Of a stretch of DNA of 64,000 nucleotides, positions 8,400 through 18,076 are shown in pieces. The position numbers and the translations under genes were made by a program. Numbering within the stretch: the first letter of the stretch is position 1; every line of letters starts with the position of its first letter. This DNA comes from Sumerlaeia bacterium (GTDB lineage Bacteria > Sumerlaeota > Sumerlaeia > SLMS01 > JAHLLQ01): assembly GCA_040219255.1 (NCBI GenBank), contig JAVJSW010000056.1, forward strand, positions 32,001-96,000, read 5' to 3'. The notes under the pieces were generated by a model. That model made no database searches. It saw only the letters and a list, made by a program, of their open reading frames with translations, and was not told the origin of the DNA.

Positions 8400-9644
8400 A
8401 TGTCTGAACGCCGTCGCGTCGTGGTGACCGGTCTCGGCGCCGTCACTCCCATCGGCCACACCGTTGCCGAGTTCTGGAAAAACCTCCTGGCGGGGGTATC
8501 CGGGGCTGCTGCGATCACGCAGATCGATGTGGAAGAGCATAAAACGAAATTCGCCTGCGAGGTGAAGAACTGGGATCCGTCGGAGCACTTCGATAAGAAG
8601 GACGCTCGAAAGACGGAACGGTTCGTTCAGTTCGCGCAGGTAGCCGCCCGCGAGGCGATGAAGGATTCCGGGCTGGACCTGGAGAAGGTGGATCGCGACC
8701 GGTTCGGGACCTATGTGGGTTCGGGCATCGGCGGCATCCGCGAGATGGAGGAGCAAGCCCGAGTCCTCTTTGAGAAGGGGCCGGCGCGCATTTCTCCGTT
8801 TCTGATCACGAAACTGATCTGTAACATGGCGCCCGGTCTGATCAGCATGGAGCATGGTTTGCGGGGTCCGAATTCGTGCGTGGTGACGGCTTGCGCCACG
8901 GGCACGAACGCGATCGGCGATGCGATGAAGATCATCGCCCGCGGCGACGCGGATTTGATGGTGGCTGGCGGTTCGGAAGCGGCCATCACGCACCTGGGCC
9001 TGGGCGGGTTCGAAAACATGAGGGCCCTCTCGGGCCGCAACGACTCGCCGCAGACGGCCAGCCGGCCCTTTGACAAGGACCGCGACGGGTTTGTGATGGG
9101 CGAGGGCGCGGGGATTCTGGTTCTGGAAGAGTACGAGCACGCGAAAGCCCGCGGCGCTCGCATCTATGGCGAAGTGGCGGGGTACGGCATGAGCGCCGAC
9201 GCCCATCACATCACGGCTCCGGCCCCCGGCGGCGAAGGCGCGGCGCGGGCCATGGCGGCGGCGGTGAAGGATTCGGGACTGGCGCCGGGCGAAATCGCCT
9301 ACGTCAACGCCCACGGCACCTCGACGAACCTGAACGACAAGAGCGAAACGGCGGCGCTGAAGACAGTCTTCGGCGAGCACGCTTCGAAACTGGCGATCAG
9401 TTCGAACAAGTCGATGATCGGGCACTTGCTCGGCGCGGCCGGCGGCGTGGAAGCGGTCGCCAGCTTTATGACGATGGCGGAGAGCATGGTGCCTCCGACG
9501 ATCAACTACACGACGCCGGATCCGGAATGTGATCTGGATTACGTGCCGAACGAGAAGCGAGCGATGGATGTGCCGGCGGTGATCTCGAACTCCTTCGGTT
9601 TCGGCGGTCATAACGCGAGTCTGGTTTTCCGCCGTGTCGAGTGA
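8400..9644 (+). CDS. fabF: Beta-ketoacyl-ACP synthase II
   Basis: [38 protein letters not shown]. Confidence 0.97.
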   Translation: MSERRRVVVTGLGAVTPIGHTVAEFWKNLLAGVSGAAAITQIDVEEHKTKFACEVKNWDPSEHFDKKDARKTERFVQFAQVAAREAMKDSGLDLEKVDRDRFGTYVGSGIGGIREMEEQARVLFEKGPARISPFLITKLICNMAPGLISMEHGLRGPNSCVVTACATGTNAIGDAMKIIARGDADLMVAGGSEAAITHLGLGGFENMRALSGRNDSPQTASRPFDKDRDGFVMGEGAGILVLEEYEHAKARGARIYGEVAGYGMSADAHHITAPAPGGEGAARAMAAAVKDSGLAPGEIAYVNAHGTSTNLNDKSETAALKTVFGEHASKLAISSNKSMIGHLLGAAGGVEAVASFMTMAESMVPPTINYTTPDPECDLDYVPNEKRAMDVPAVISNSFGFGGHNASLVFRRVE

Positions 9645-10443
9645 GGGTGATCCCTCCTCCGCCTCGACCCTCGACCCGCAACGCCGCGAGGCGCTGCAAA
9701 CGCTTGTGTCCCGCTTCGGAGTTCCGGAGCGGGATGCCGTTTTAACGCTGGTGGATCAGGCGCTGACACATCGCTCCTGGGCGGCGGAGCACGGGGGCGC
9801 GCCGGATAACGAGCGGCTGGAGTTCCTGGGCGACGCGATCATCAGCCACGCGACGGCGGATTACCTGTACGAGACGCGGCCGGAGAAGGACGAGGGGCAC
9901 CTGTCGAAGATGCGGGGCGCGATCGTGAGCCGCAAGACGCTGGGCGAGGTGGCGCTGGCGCTTGGGCTGGGTGAGTTGATGCGGCTGGGGGCGGGCGAGC
10001 TGAACACGGGGGGCCGTTCGCGTCCGTCGGTGACGGGTTCGGCGCTGGAGGCGATCGTGGGGGCGCTGAGCCGGGTTTACAGCTATGAAGAATTGCGGGG
10101 CGGATTGCGGGAAGTGGTGGTGGAACCGGCACAGGAATTGGTGCGCGGGAACCTGACGGAGGACTTCAAATCGCGGCTGCAAGAGATGGTGCAGGCGGCG
10201 TGCCAGGACGTTCCACGGTACGAGGTGGTGGGCTCGAGCGGGCCGGATCACGAAAAAGTGTTCGTTGTGGAGGCCCGGCTGGGCGACTTGCACTTGTCTC
10301 GCGGGCAGGGACAGCGCAAGAAGTATGCGGAGAACGATGCGGCCCGGGTTGCCCTGGAGCGCATCGCGCGGGGCGAGTTGACGATTCCCATATCGCCCGG
10401 CGGTCCCCCGCCCGCCGACGACACGTCAAAGGAAGTGCTGTGA
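9634..10443 (+). CDS. rnc: Ribonuclease III
   Basis: [16 protein letters not shown], dsRBD with GPDHEK...KKYAENDAA. Confidence 0.95.
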   Translation: MSSEGDPSSASTLDPQRREALQTLVSRFGVPERDAVLTLVDQALTHRSWAAEHGGAPDNERLEFLGDAIISHATADYLYETRPEKDEGHLSKMRGAIVSRKTLGEVALALGLGELMRLGAGELNTGGRSRPSVTGSALEAIVGALSRVYSYEELRGGLREVVVEPAQELVRGNLTEDFKSRLQEMVQAACQDVPRYEVVGSSGPDHEKVFVVEARLGDLHLSRGQGQRKKYAENDAARVALERIARGELTIPISPGGPPPADDTSKEVL

Positions 10444-11360
10444 AAGTCGTTCTGGTCACTGGTTCGGAAGGTATGCTCGGCAGCGAAGTCGTGCGGCATC
10501 TCAAACGCGCGTCGGACACGCGCGTGGTAGGGACGACGGCGAAGACGCTGGACATCACGGACCTGAGCGCGGTGAAGACGGCCCTGGAAGAGCATCGGCC
10601 GACGCACATCATCCACTGCGCCGCGTTTACCCTGGTGGATACGGCGGAGAAGGATCGCCTCGCGGCGTTCCGCGTGAACGCCGAAGGCACGAAGAACCTG
10701 GCCTTCTTCGCCCGCGAAGTCGGTGCCGAAATGATCCTGATCAGCACCGATTACGTCTTCGATGGCGAAAAGGGCTCGCCCTACCTGGAGAGCGATCCGA
10801 CCTGTCCGATCAACGCCTATGGCGAGAGCAAAGTGGCCGCGGAGCATCATCTGCGAACGCTGCTGGAAAAGCACAAGATCGTGCGGACGTCCTGGCTGTC
10901 GGGCCTGGGCGGGGCGCACAACCGCAATTTCATCGAGACGATGCTGCGCCTGTCGGAGACGCGCAATCAGCTCTCGATCGTGAACGACCAGACGGGCCGG
11001 CCGACCTTCACCTTCGATCTGGCTCCGGCGTTGGTGACGCTACTGGACGTGCACGACTATGGCGTGTTCCACGTGACGGGCGACGGCCAGGCGACGTGGT
11101 TCGATTTCGCGCTGAAAATTTTCGAGATGTCCCATAAGAAGATCGAGTTGAAGCCGATCACCTCGGACCAGTTCCGCAGCCTGGCACGGCGCCCACGCTT
11201 TTCCGTGCTGGCGAACACGCGGTTCGAGGGGCTGGGGCTGCCGCTGCTGCCGAAGTGGGACGATTCGTTGGCTGAGTATTTCCGCCGGCGCAAGTTGGCG
11301 ACATCGATCAGCGAACCGAAGGACCGGGGCCCAAGCCCCTTCGCCCGGCGTCAGGATTGA
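10440..11360 (+). CDS. rfbD: dTDP-4-dehydrorhamnose reductase
   Basis: GTG overlapping the rnc stop; VTGSEGMLG, STDYVFDG, YGESK, VNDQTGRPT. Confidence 0.93.
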   Translation: MKVVLVTGSEGMLGSEVVRHLKRASDTRVVGTTAKTLDITDLSAVKTALEEHRPTHIIHCAAFTLVDTAEKDRLAAFRVNAEGTKNLAFFAREVGAEMILISTDYVFDGEKGSPYLESDPTCPINAYGESKVAAEHHLRTLLEKHKIVRTSWLSGLGGAHNRNFIETMLRLSETRNQLSIVNDQTGRPTFTFDLAPALVTLLDVHDYGVFHVTGDGQATWFDFALKIFEMSHKKIELKPITSDQFRSLARRPRFSVLANTRFEGLGLPLLPKWDDSLAEYFRRRKLATSISEPKDRGPSPFARRQD

Positions 11361-11364
11361 ACGG

Positions 11365-13956
11365 TTACTCGGCGGCGCTCGTTTTCAGCGCCAAGGCGCC
11401 AAACGTTTCCAATTGAGGCAAGCGCACCCAGAGGACGTCGTCCTTCTGCTCGAAATCGACGCGCACCGGGATGAGAAGCTCGGGGCGGTCGGGCGAGCCA
11501 TAGAAGGCGGATTCGACTCGGGTTGCATCGGGCAGGCGGAGCGCGACGGTGAAATCGGCGAGGGGTTCGGCGGGGACGACGCTCTCGTTCCAGAAAATGT
11601 TCGGCCCCAGGTTCAGCATCGTGACGGTGCGGGTGCCGGTCCGCTGGTTTGCGAAACCGCGCGTCTGGACGCCGGAGACGATCTGAACCGGGGCGTCCCA
11701 GTTGGCGACATCCGGACCATGATGATAGCCATAGAGCATCGCGTCGAACTGATTGTAGCGGGCGATGGCGGCGGCGTTTTCAGCGGGCATGGGAACGTTG
11801 TCGGGGTAGTAGAGCGTGTTGAGGGCGTGCATCTGGCCAGTGGATTCGTCGGGTTCGCCGGCGATCATCAGCGACCCGCCGCCCAACTGGCAGGCTCCCA
11901 GCATGAGCTTGAGCGCGTCGAGGGGCCAGACCGGCGGATCGAGATAGCCGGCGTCGGCGGGATAGATTTTCAGGATGACGCGCTGATGCCGGGGCGCGCG
12001 ATGGCGATAGGCGATGTCGGCGACTTCGGAGAAGGCGGGTTTGTGTCCGGCCCAGTTTTCGATAAAGATAAAGTCCGTCTTGTCGTACATGAGGTCGATG
12101 CCGAACTCGGAAACGCAATTGAAGGAAATGGCGATATCGTCTTTCCAGGTGTGGGCTTCCCGATGCACCAGGCGGATGAACTCGGCGATGACTTCGGTGA
12201 GGAGCCGGCCGCTCCATTCGCTGTTCTCTGAATAATAGCGCGCGTCGGAGGAATGGCCGTAACTGTCGATTTCGAGGCCATCGAACGCGACGTGGTCTTC
12301 GGGGTTCTGGATGAGGGTCTTGCGGAATTCCTCCATGATCAGGGGAAACCAGGGCGTGTCGGGCGCGATGGCCATCAGCCAGAACCATTTCGGCAGATCC
12401 TGGGCTTCGGCCTGCTTTTCGGACATGACCGCGCCGTTGAAGACCAGAGGCACACCATCGTCCGTCGTCATGGGATAAGGATGTTTCTTGTAGATGGATT
12501 CGGAGGCGGCGTAAGCGGCGACGTAGGCGATGGCTTTGATGTTACGCTCGTGGCCCGACGCGATCTTGCGGCGGATGTCTTCGACGAGGATCGTATTGCC
12601 GTAGAAGGGTTCGAATTCGTATTCCTCTTGCGACGGCGCGTAATCGCCATGGGCGGGGAAATAGTCGTAGTATTCGACCGCGTTGATGCCGAGTTCGGCG
12701 AGCATGGCGGACTTCTTTGCATAGTCCTGGCCGAGATTGTTCCAATTGGCGTAGAAGCCGTAGCGAAGGTCGTCGGCGAAATCGTCGAGGCGGCTCCAGA
12801 CGGCGACGCGGCGGTCGAGGAGATCGCCGCCGTGCATCAGGTCGAGGCGCAGGACGACGGGGCCTTCACGGTCGGCCGAGGGCGATCGCAGCGCGACGGT
12901 CAAACTGGTCTCGGTGGTCGAGATTTGCTGGGTCGCGAGTTCTTCGAAATCGACGATTTGGGTCAAGTGCAGGGTTGGACCGGCGTCGGCGGCGCTGGGC
13001 TCGGTGGCGCCGGCGATTTCCACGGCGAGGTCTTGCGAGGCAGAGGGCTTGGTCCAGGTCTTGGCGGGCAGGGCGCGGACGATGCGAGGGCCGTCCGCGG
13101 GCTTGGGAAGGGAGGCGATACTGGGCAGGGCGAGTTCGCGCGGCGAAGGGGGAAAGGCGATCGCGCTGTGCCGGAGGCGGCTGATTTCGAGAACGGTGTT
13201 ATCGTCCTTGTCGCGGGTGGTGACGTTCGAATCGGGAAGCCATTCGAAATTTCCCTCGGCGTCTCTCCGGACGAACTTATAGCGCAACATGCCGGTGTCT
13301 ATCGGGACGACGGCGTAAAAAAAACCGCTCGGGGCGCGCTTCATTCGAAAGCGCCGATCCGTGATTCGCCCATCGCTGTTGTTGGCCCAATTGTTGAAGT
13401 TTCCCGCGAGATAAACGACATCGCCGGCACCGCCTTTGGCGGTCAGCAGGACCGACTTGCCATCGTTCGAAATCCGGGGTTTGCCGGCTTGCTCCAGAGA
13501 CGCGCCGAAGGCTTTCGCGACGGACGCGAAATCCTGGGCGGACTGCTCTCCGGTGGGGTGGACGGCGGCGCTGAGGGGCTGGGCCGAGCGCACCCAGAGC
13601 GGCGGGGCGGTCTGGAGCCAGCCGTTCCCGGAGGCGGAGTCGGCGTCGACGGCCCATTCGTACCCGTGATCGCTCTGGACTTCGAGTGCGACCTGAAGTC
13701 CCCAGACCCGATCGTTGGCTTCGCCGTCGCCGTGCTGGCCATCGTCATACATCGGATAGCGCCGAAAATCATTCCAGTCTTCCGCGTATCGACCCGTGTC
13801 TGGATCGAAGTTTCCCGAGAGAAACAGCGATTCGTACGGATCCGGATTGGCGCGGTCGTCATAGAGAAAGGTGACTTGGGCCTTCTGAGGAGGCGAGGCG
13901 CCTTGGGCGGCGAACGCCATGAGGGCCAGCAGGAGGGAAGCGGAAGAACGAAACAT
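11365..13956 (-). CDS. Secreted GH66-like glycoside hydrolase (dextranase/CITase family) with N-terminal choice-of-anchor-X-like and CBM48-like modules
   Basis: Signal peptide MFRSSASLLLALMAFAAQG; MYDDGQHGDGEAND; VYLAGNFNNW; GH66-like motifs RYGFY...GINAVEYYD, KAIAY..AYAA, FDGLEIDSYG. Confidence 0.7.
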   Translation of the reverse strand: MFRSSASLLLALMAFAAQGASPPQKAQVTFLYDDRANPDPYESLFLSGNFDPDTGRYAEDWNDFRRYPMYDDGQHGDGEANDRVWGLQVALEVQSDHGYEWAVDADSASGNGWLQTAPPLWVRSAQPLSAAVHPTGEQSAQDFASVAKAFGASLEQAGKPRISNDGKSVLLTAKGGAGDVVYLAGNFNNWANNSDGRITDRRFRMKRAPSGFFYAVVPIDTGMLRYKFVRRDAEGNFEWLPDSNVTTRDKDDNTVLEISRLRHSAIAFPPSPRELALPSIASLPKPADGPRIVRALPAKTWTKPSASQDLAVEIAGATEPSAADAGPTLHLTQIVDFEELATQQISTTETSLTVALRSPSADREGPVVLRLDLMHGGDLLDRRVAVWSRLDDFADDLRYGFYANWNNLGQDYAKKSAMLAELGINAVEYYDYFPAHGDYAPSQEEYEFEPFYGNTILVEDIRRKIASGHERNIKAIAYVAAYAASESIYKKHPYPMTTDDGVPLVFNGAVMSEKQAEAQDLPKWFWLMAIAPDTPWFPLIMEEFRKTLIQNPEDHVAFDGLEIDSYGHSSDARYYSENSEWSGRLLTEVIAEFIRLVHREAHTWKDDIAISFNCVSEFGIDLMYDKTDFIFIENWAGHKPAFSEVADIAYRHRAPRHQRVILKIYPADAGYLDPPVWPLDALKLMLGACQLGGGSLMIAGEPDESTGQMHALNTLYYPDNVPMPAENAAAIARYNQFDAMLYGYHHGPDVANWDAPVQIVSGVQTRGFANQRTGTRTVTMLNLGPNIFWNESVVPAEPLADFTVALRLPDATRVESAFYGSPDRPELLIPVRVDFEQKDDVLWVRLPQLETFGALALKTSAAE

Positions 13957-14018
13957 AAGGAATGTCCAATCGGAAAACGTGTCTGGCGAGCGGCGCGGAT
14001 CGGGCCTTTGTCCGATTC

Positions 14019-14936
14019 TTAACCCTTCGATCCAGACATCGCAATGCCTTCGATAAAGGTCTTTTGCGTGAAGAAGAACAGAATGATGACGGGCAGGACC
14101 ACGAGCGTCGAGGCGGCCATCAGGAGGTTCATGTCGGTGCCGCCGTGCTTGCTTTGGAAGTGCTGGAGACCGAGGGCGAGGGTGAACTGCTCGCGGTCGG
14201 TGAGGTAAATCAGCGGCCCCATGAAGTCGTTCCAGATCGCCATAAAGGTAAACAATCCAACGACCATCAGCGCCGGCCGGGTCAGCGGCAGGGCGATTTG
14301 CCAGTAGATGCGCCAATGGCTGCACCCGTCGATCATGGCGGCTTCCGTCAGGTCCCTCGGCAGGGTCATGAAAAATTGGCGCAGAAGGAAAATGCTGTAC
14401 GCCGATCCAAACCACATGGGGACCCAGAGGGGTTTGAAGGAGCCGATCCATCCGAGATCGCGAAAAATCCCATAGAGCGGCACCATCAGCACCGGAAAGG
14501 GGATCATCATCGTGCCTAAGCTGAAGAAAAACAGGGTGTCGCGCCCTTTCCAATCGATGCGCGAAAACCCGTAGGCGACCAGCGAGCAACTGAACACCGT
14601 GCCGGAAACGCCGAGGATGCACAGCCAGACGGTGTTCCACGTGTAACGCCAGAAGGGAATGGCGCGGGTGGCTTCGGCGTAGTTGCGCCAGCGGATGGGC
14701 TCGGGGATCCACTGGGGCGGCAGGCGCATGACCTGATCGAGTTCTTTGAGCGATGTGCTGATCATCCACAGAAAGGGGAAAAGAAAGATCGCCGCGAAGA
14801 ACAACAAGATCGCGTATCGCACCGCCAGCCCGGCCACCGATTGAGTCTGATGCCAATCGAGAATGGCTCTCAGCGGTCTCGAGCGCTTGACCGGTTTGTA
14901 TGGTGTGGTGAAGGGGGCCAGCTCAGCTTCCTGCAT
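14019..14936 (-). CDS. Carbohydrate ABC transporter permease (MalG-type)
   Basis: FLLRQFFMTLPRDLTEAAMIDG EAA loop, WNDFMGPLIYL, QKTFIEG. Confidence 0.95.
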   Translation of the reverse strand: MQEAELAPFTTPYKPVKRSRPLRAILDWHQTQSVAGLAVRYAILLFFAAIFLFPFLWMISTSLKELDQVMRLPPQWIPEPIRWRNYAEATRAIPFWRYTWNTVWLCILGVSGTVFSCSLVAYGFSRIDWKGRDTLFFFSLGTMMIPFPVLMVPLYGIFRDLGWIGSFKPLWVPMWFGSAYSIFLLRQFFMTLPRDLTEAAMIDGCSHWRIYWQIALPLTRPALMVVGLFTFMAIWNDFMGPLIYLTDREQFTLALGLQHFQSKHGGTDMNLLMAASTLVVLPVIILFFFTQKTFIEGIAMSGSKG

Positions 14937-15804
14937 AGTAAATGTGCTTTCTGGAAAGAAAGTGCGCCGAAGCCGTCAGCAAGGCAATCAGAACAAACAA
15001 CACCACCGCCATCGCGCAGGCGTATCCCATATTCAAATACTGGAACGCCTGATCGAACAGATACATGGTGTAGAAAAGGGTCGATCGGGCCGGGCCTCCA
15101 CCCGTCATGATATAGGGCACGGCAAAGACCTGGAGGATGACGATGCATCCCATGATCAGGTTGAAATAGATGACCGGAGTCAGCATGGGCAGGGTGACGT
15201 TCAGGGTCTTCTGCCACCATCCGGCGCCATCGATGGTGGCGGCTTCGTAGAGGGAGCGAGGCACGTCCTGCAAACCAGCCAGATAAATCACCATGGCATG
15301 GCCTGCGCCCCAGAGCCCGGTCACCACCAGGGCCGGTTTCGACCAGGTCGTGCTGCCCAGCCAGTCCGGTCCGTCGATTCCGACGAGACCGAGCAGGTGA
15401 TTGAGAACGCCGAAGTTGCCATTGAAGATCCATTGCCACAGGATCGCCAGGGCGACCAGCGGCACCAGCGACGGCAGAAAGAAGATCGTCCGAAAGAACG
15501 GCCGCGCGAAGATCGGTGTGTTCAGCAGCAAAGCCAGCCCGATCGACAGAAAGGTGCCCAGCGGCAGCGCCAGCGCCGCGAAGAAAACCGTGTTCCAGAG
15601 CGACTTCCAGAACGTTGCGTCGGTCGCCAGATCGACGTAATTGCCGGGCCCGATAAAGACCGGGTCCTTCAGAACGGAGTAATCGCACAGGCTGTAATAG
15701 AAAGCCATGAAGGCCGGCAGCAGAATAAAGACCGTGAGGCCAATCAGCCAGGGCGAGATAAAGAGCAGCCCTTCGCCCAGTGAATGCCGTTCTTTCCTGG
15801 TCAT
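14923..15804 (-). CDS. Carbohydrate ABC transporter permease (MalF-type)
   Basis: YLAGLQDVPRSLYEAATIDGA, MGYACAMA; start overlaps the SBP stop (ATGA). Confidence 0.95.
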   Translation of the reverse strand: MTRKERHSLGEGLLFISPWLIGLTVFILLPAFMAFYYSLCDYSVLKDPVFIGPGNYVDLATDATFWKSLWNTVFFAALALPLGTFLSIGLALLLNTPIFARPFFRTIFFLPSLVPLVALAILWQWIFNGNFGVLNHLLGLVGIDGPDWLGSTTWSKPALVVTGLWGAGHAMVIYLAGLQDVPRSLYEAATIDGAGWWQKTLNVTLPMLTPVIYFNLIMGCIVILQVFAVPYIMTGGGPARSTLFYTMYLFDQAFQYLNMGYACAMAVVLFVLIALLTASAHFLSRKHIYYAGS

Positions 15805-17138
15805 TGCGCGGCCCATTCTTTCTTGCGTTCTTCGGCGATGCGTTCCCATTGGCGGTTGGCCTTGTCCAACTTCGGTTGGATTTTGCCGGCCACATCGCCC
15901 AGCCCGGACGAGGGTTCCACCAACTGGCGCCAGATGCGGTCATAGGTGAAATTGATCTCGTCGCGGTATTCGCTGTAAATCGATGTCTTGGGCGTGTAAC
16001 TCGCGTTGGACGATTCGGCCAACTGGCGAAACACCCGGATATAGGGATTGGGATGTTCTTCGTAGAAGGATTCGCTCACTTCGGCCAGGGGCGAGAACTT
16101 GCGCTGGCCCAGGCAAAGGGCCTCCATGTTCTTTTGCCGCTGCACGAACTTGATGAAGTCCCAGGCCTCTTCCCGATGCTTGGCGCCCTTGGGGATAACC
16201 AGGACGTCGCACTCGCAGACGGTCACCGGGGCCATGTCGGCCGAGACGGCGGGAAAGGGCGCCACGGCCCATTCCAGCTCGGGGTTGTATTTGTTGATGA
16301 AGTTGGCCATCCAAACGCCCTGCAACACCATGGCCACTTGGCCGCTGATGAAGAGGTTCTGGGCCGAGGCGAATTGGCCGCCGACGGCTTGAAAGCGTTG
16401 CAGTTCCGTCTGACCGTACTCGGCGGGAAAGCTCTGCACCCAATCGTAGGCGGCCTGGTTTTCCGGCGAGGCGATGGCGATCCGGTCGCCGTCGAGCAGC
16501 TGGCCGCCAAACCACAGGCCCCATCGGTCGTTCCACCATCCGGGTTCGGAGGGTGAAAAGCCGAGTTGGGTGATGGCGCCGCTTTCGTCGGTGCGGGTCA
16601 ATTTCTTGGCGTATTCGTTCAATTCGGCGATGGTGCGGGGCGGACGGTCGGGGTCCAGGCCCGCCTCGCGGAACATCTCGCGGTTGTAATGCAGCGCCAG
16701 CGTGGCGGGCGTGGTGGGCAGAGCCCAGGTGAAACCCTTGTACTGGCATTGCTCCATGATGATCGGCAGGTAGTGACTGGGGCTGAGGCCGTCGCGCTGC
16801 ATGAGGCCATCGAGCGGTTCGAGGGCGCCCATTTCCGCAAAGGTGTACAGACGCCACGACCACAGCCCCGCCACATCTGGCGGATTCCCCCCCGCCGTTG
16901 CCAGGATCAGCTTTCGATCGATTTCGCCGGTGGACAGATACTCCACGTAAACCTTGTCCTGAGAGGCATTGTAGGCGTCCACAAGGTCGCCCATCGCCTC
17001 CTTTTCGAAATCCTCCCACTTTTCCCAATAGGTGATGACCACCCGGCCATCCCGGGTCGTGTCGGCGCTTTCGGCGCCGCACCCGGTCATGCCGATGGAA
17101 AGAAGCAGCAGGGCCGCCAGGCCAAGAATCACGCGCAT
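15801..17138 (-). CDS. Sugar ABC transporter substrate-binding lipoprotein
   Basis: Lipobox MTGC; GGNPPDV, LHYNREMF..AGLDP..PP.T, FISGQVAM. Confidence 0.93.
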   Translation of the reverse strand: MRVILGLAALLLLSIGMTGCGAESADTTRDGRVVITYWEKWEDFEKEAMGDLVDAYNASQDKVYVEYLSTGEIDRKLILATAGGNPPDVAGLWSWRLYTFAEMGALEPLDGLMQRDGLSPSHYLPIIMEQCQYKGFTWALPTTPATLALHYNREMFREAGLDPDRPPRTIAELNEYAKKLTRTDESGAITQLGFSPSEPGWWNDRWGLWFGGQLLDGDRIAIASPENQAAYDWVQSFPAEYGQTELQRFQAVGGQFASAQNLFISGQVAMVLQGVWMANFINKYNPELEWAVAPFPAVSADMAPVTVCECDVLVIPKGAKHREEAWDFIKFVQRQKNMEALCLGQRKFSPLAEVSESFYEEHPNPYIRVFRQLAESSNASYTPKTSIYSEYRDEINFTYDRIWRQLVEPSSGLGDVAGKIQPKLDKANRQWERIAEERKKEWAAQ

Positions 17139-17190
17139 GGTATCCGCCTCCCGTGAAATCGAAGATCGCCCATCCTAAGTTATGGATTCC

Positions 17191-17994
17191 TTACTCGTAG
17201 GTTTCCCAGGACTCGACACGCGTCGATCCGGGGCCGTCGATCAGGATCGAGTTGAAGTACGCGTCGTTCGTCGCGCCGGAGCCGGCGTTGTTGTTGAAGA
17301 AGCGGACTTCCGTGATCGCCTGGCCGCCGGACGGAGCGGCCAACAGACCCGATGTCGTGTAGGTGTCGCCGCTGCTGACCACTTCCAGGCTGAAATCGTA
17401 GGAGTTGGAAGACGTCAGCGAGAACGACACGTTGAGGCCGTCGCTGGTGAAACCGATCGTCGTGTCTTTGAAACCCTCGGCGTCGAAGTACTGGTAGGCG
17501 GGTGCGCCACCGGCGTAGAGGGCCTCGAAGACGTTCTCGTCGCTGGCGTTGCGCAGGCTGAAGCCGACGGCGCTGCCGCCGTCGATGAAGCCGTTGTCCA
17601 TACCGAAGGTCAGCGTATCGCCGACGGAGAGCGGGGTCGAGAAGGGGCGGATCGCTTCCGAGCTGTCGCCCGAGTTGGCCCACAGGCCCCAGGCCACGCC
17701 CATGCTCATGGTGTCGGTCGTGTTGATGTCGCCGTCGCCGTTCGAGTCGCCAAAGCCGTTGCTGCTCGAGTCGCCCTTGAAGCGGCCGGCGTTGGCGCCG
17801 GAGGAATTGATTTCCCAGGCCTCGAGGCCGAAGCCGCCATTCATGCCCGGGTCGAACCCGCTGTCGTAAGTCGAGGTCGAGGCGTCGTCGGCGGCCAGCG
17901 TAACCGCTGACGCATTGGCGGGTAGAAAGGAGGCGGCGAGAGCGAGGCCACCGGCCGCCAGAAGGGTGGGAAGAACGAATCGTTTGTTGGACAT
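17191..17994 (-). CDS. Secreted Gly/Ser/Asp-rich protein with C-terminal TRVESWETYE tail
   Basis: Signal peptide ending ASA|V; beta-rich body; GGAG RBS; sits inside the sugar locus. Confidence 0.8.
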   Translation of the reverse strand: MSNKRFVLPTLLAAGGLALAASFLPANASAVTLAADDASTSTYDSGFDPGMNGGFGLEAWEINSSGANAGRFKGDSSSNGFGDSNGDGDINTTDTMSMGVAWGLWANSGDSSEAIRPFSTPLSVGDTLTFGMDNGFIDGGSAVGFSLRNASDENVFEALYAGGAPAYQYFDAEGFKDTTIGFTSDGLNVSFSLTSSNSYDFSLEVVSSGDTYTTSGLLAAPSGGQAITEVRFFNNNAGSGATNDAYFNSILIDGPGSTRVESWETYE

Positions 17995-18076
17995 GAGAAC
18001 TGTCTCCAGTCGAAGTAGTGCAATCAGGTGGTTTCAATCAAACCACACCCAAGTTTGATTCCGGGAGCGGGGTTTG

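Noticed and set aside
13957-14856. N-terminal 300 aa of the 1163-aa ORF 11365..14856
   Set aside because: Overlaps the MalG-type permease in another frame; the real start is the signal peptide at 13956.
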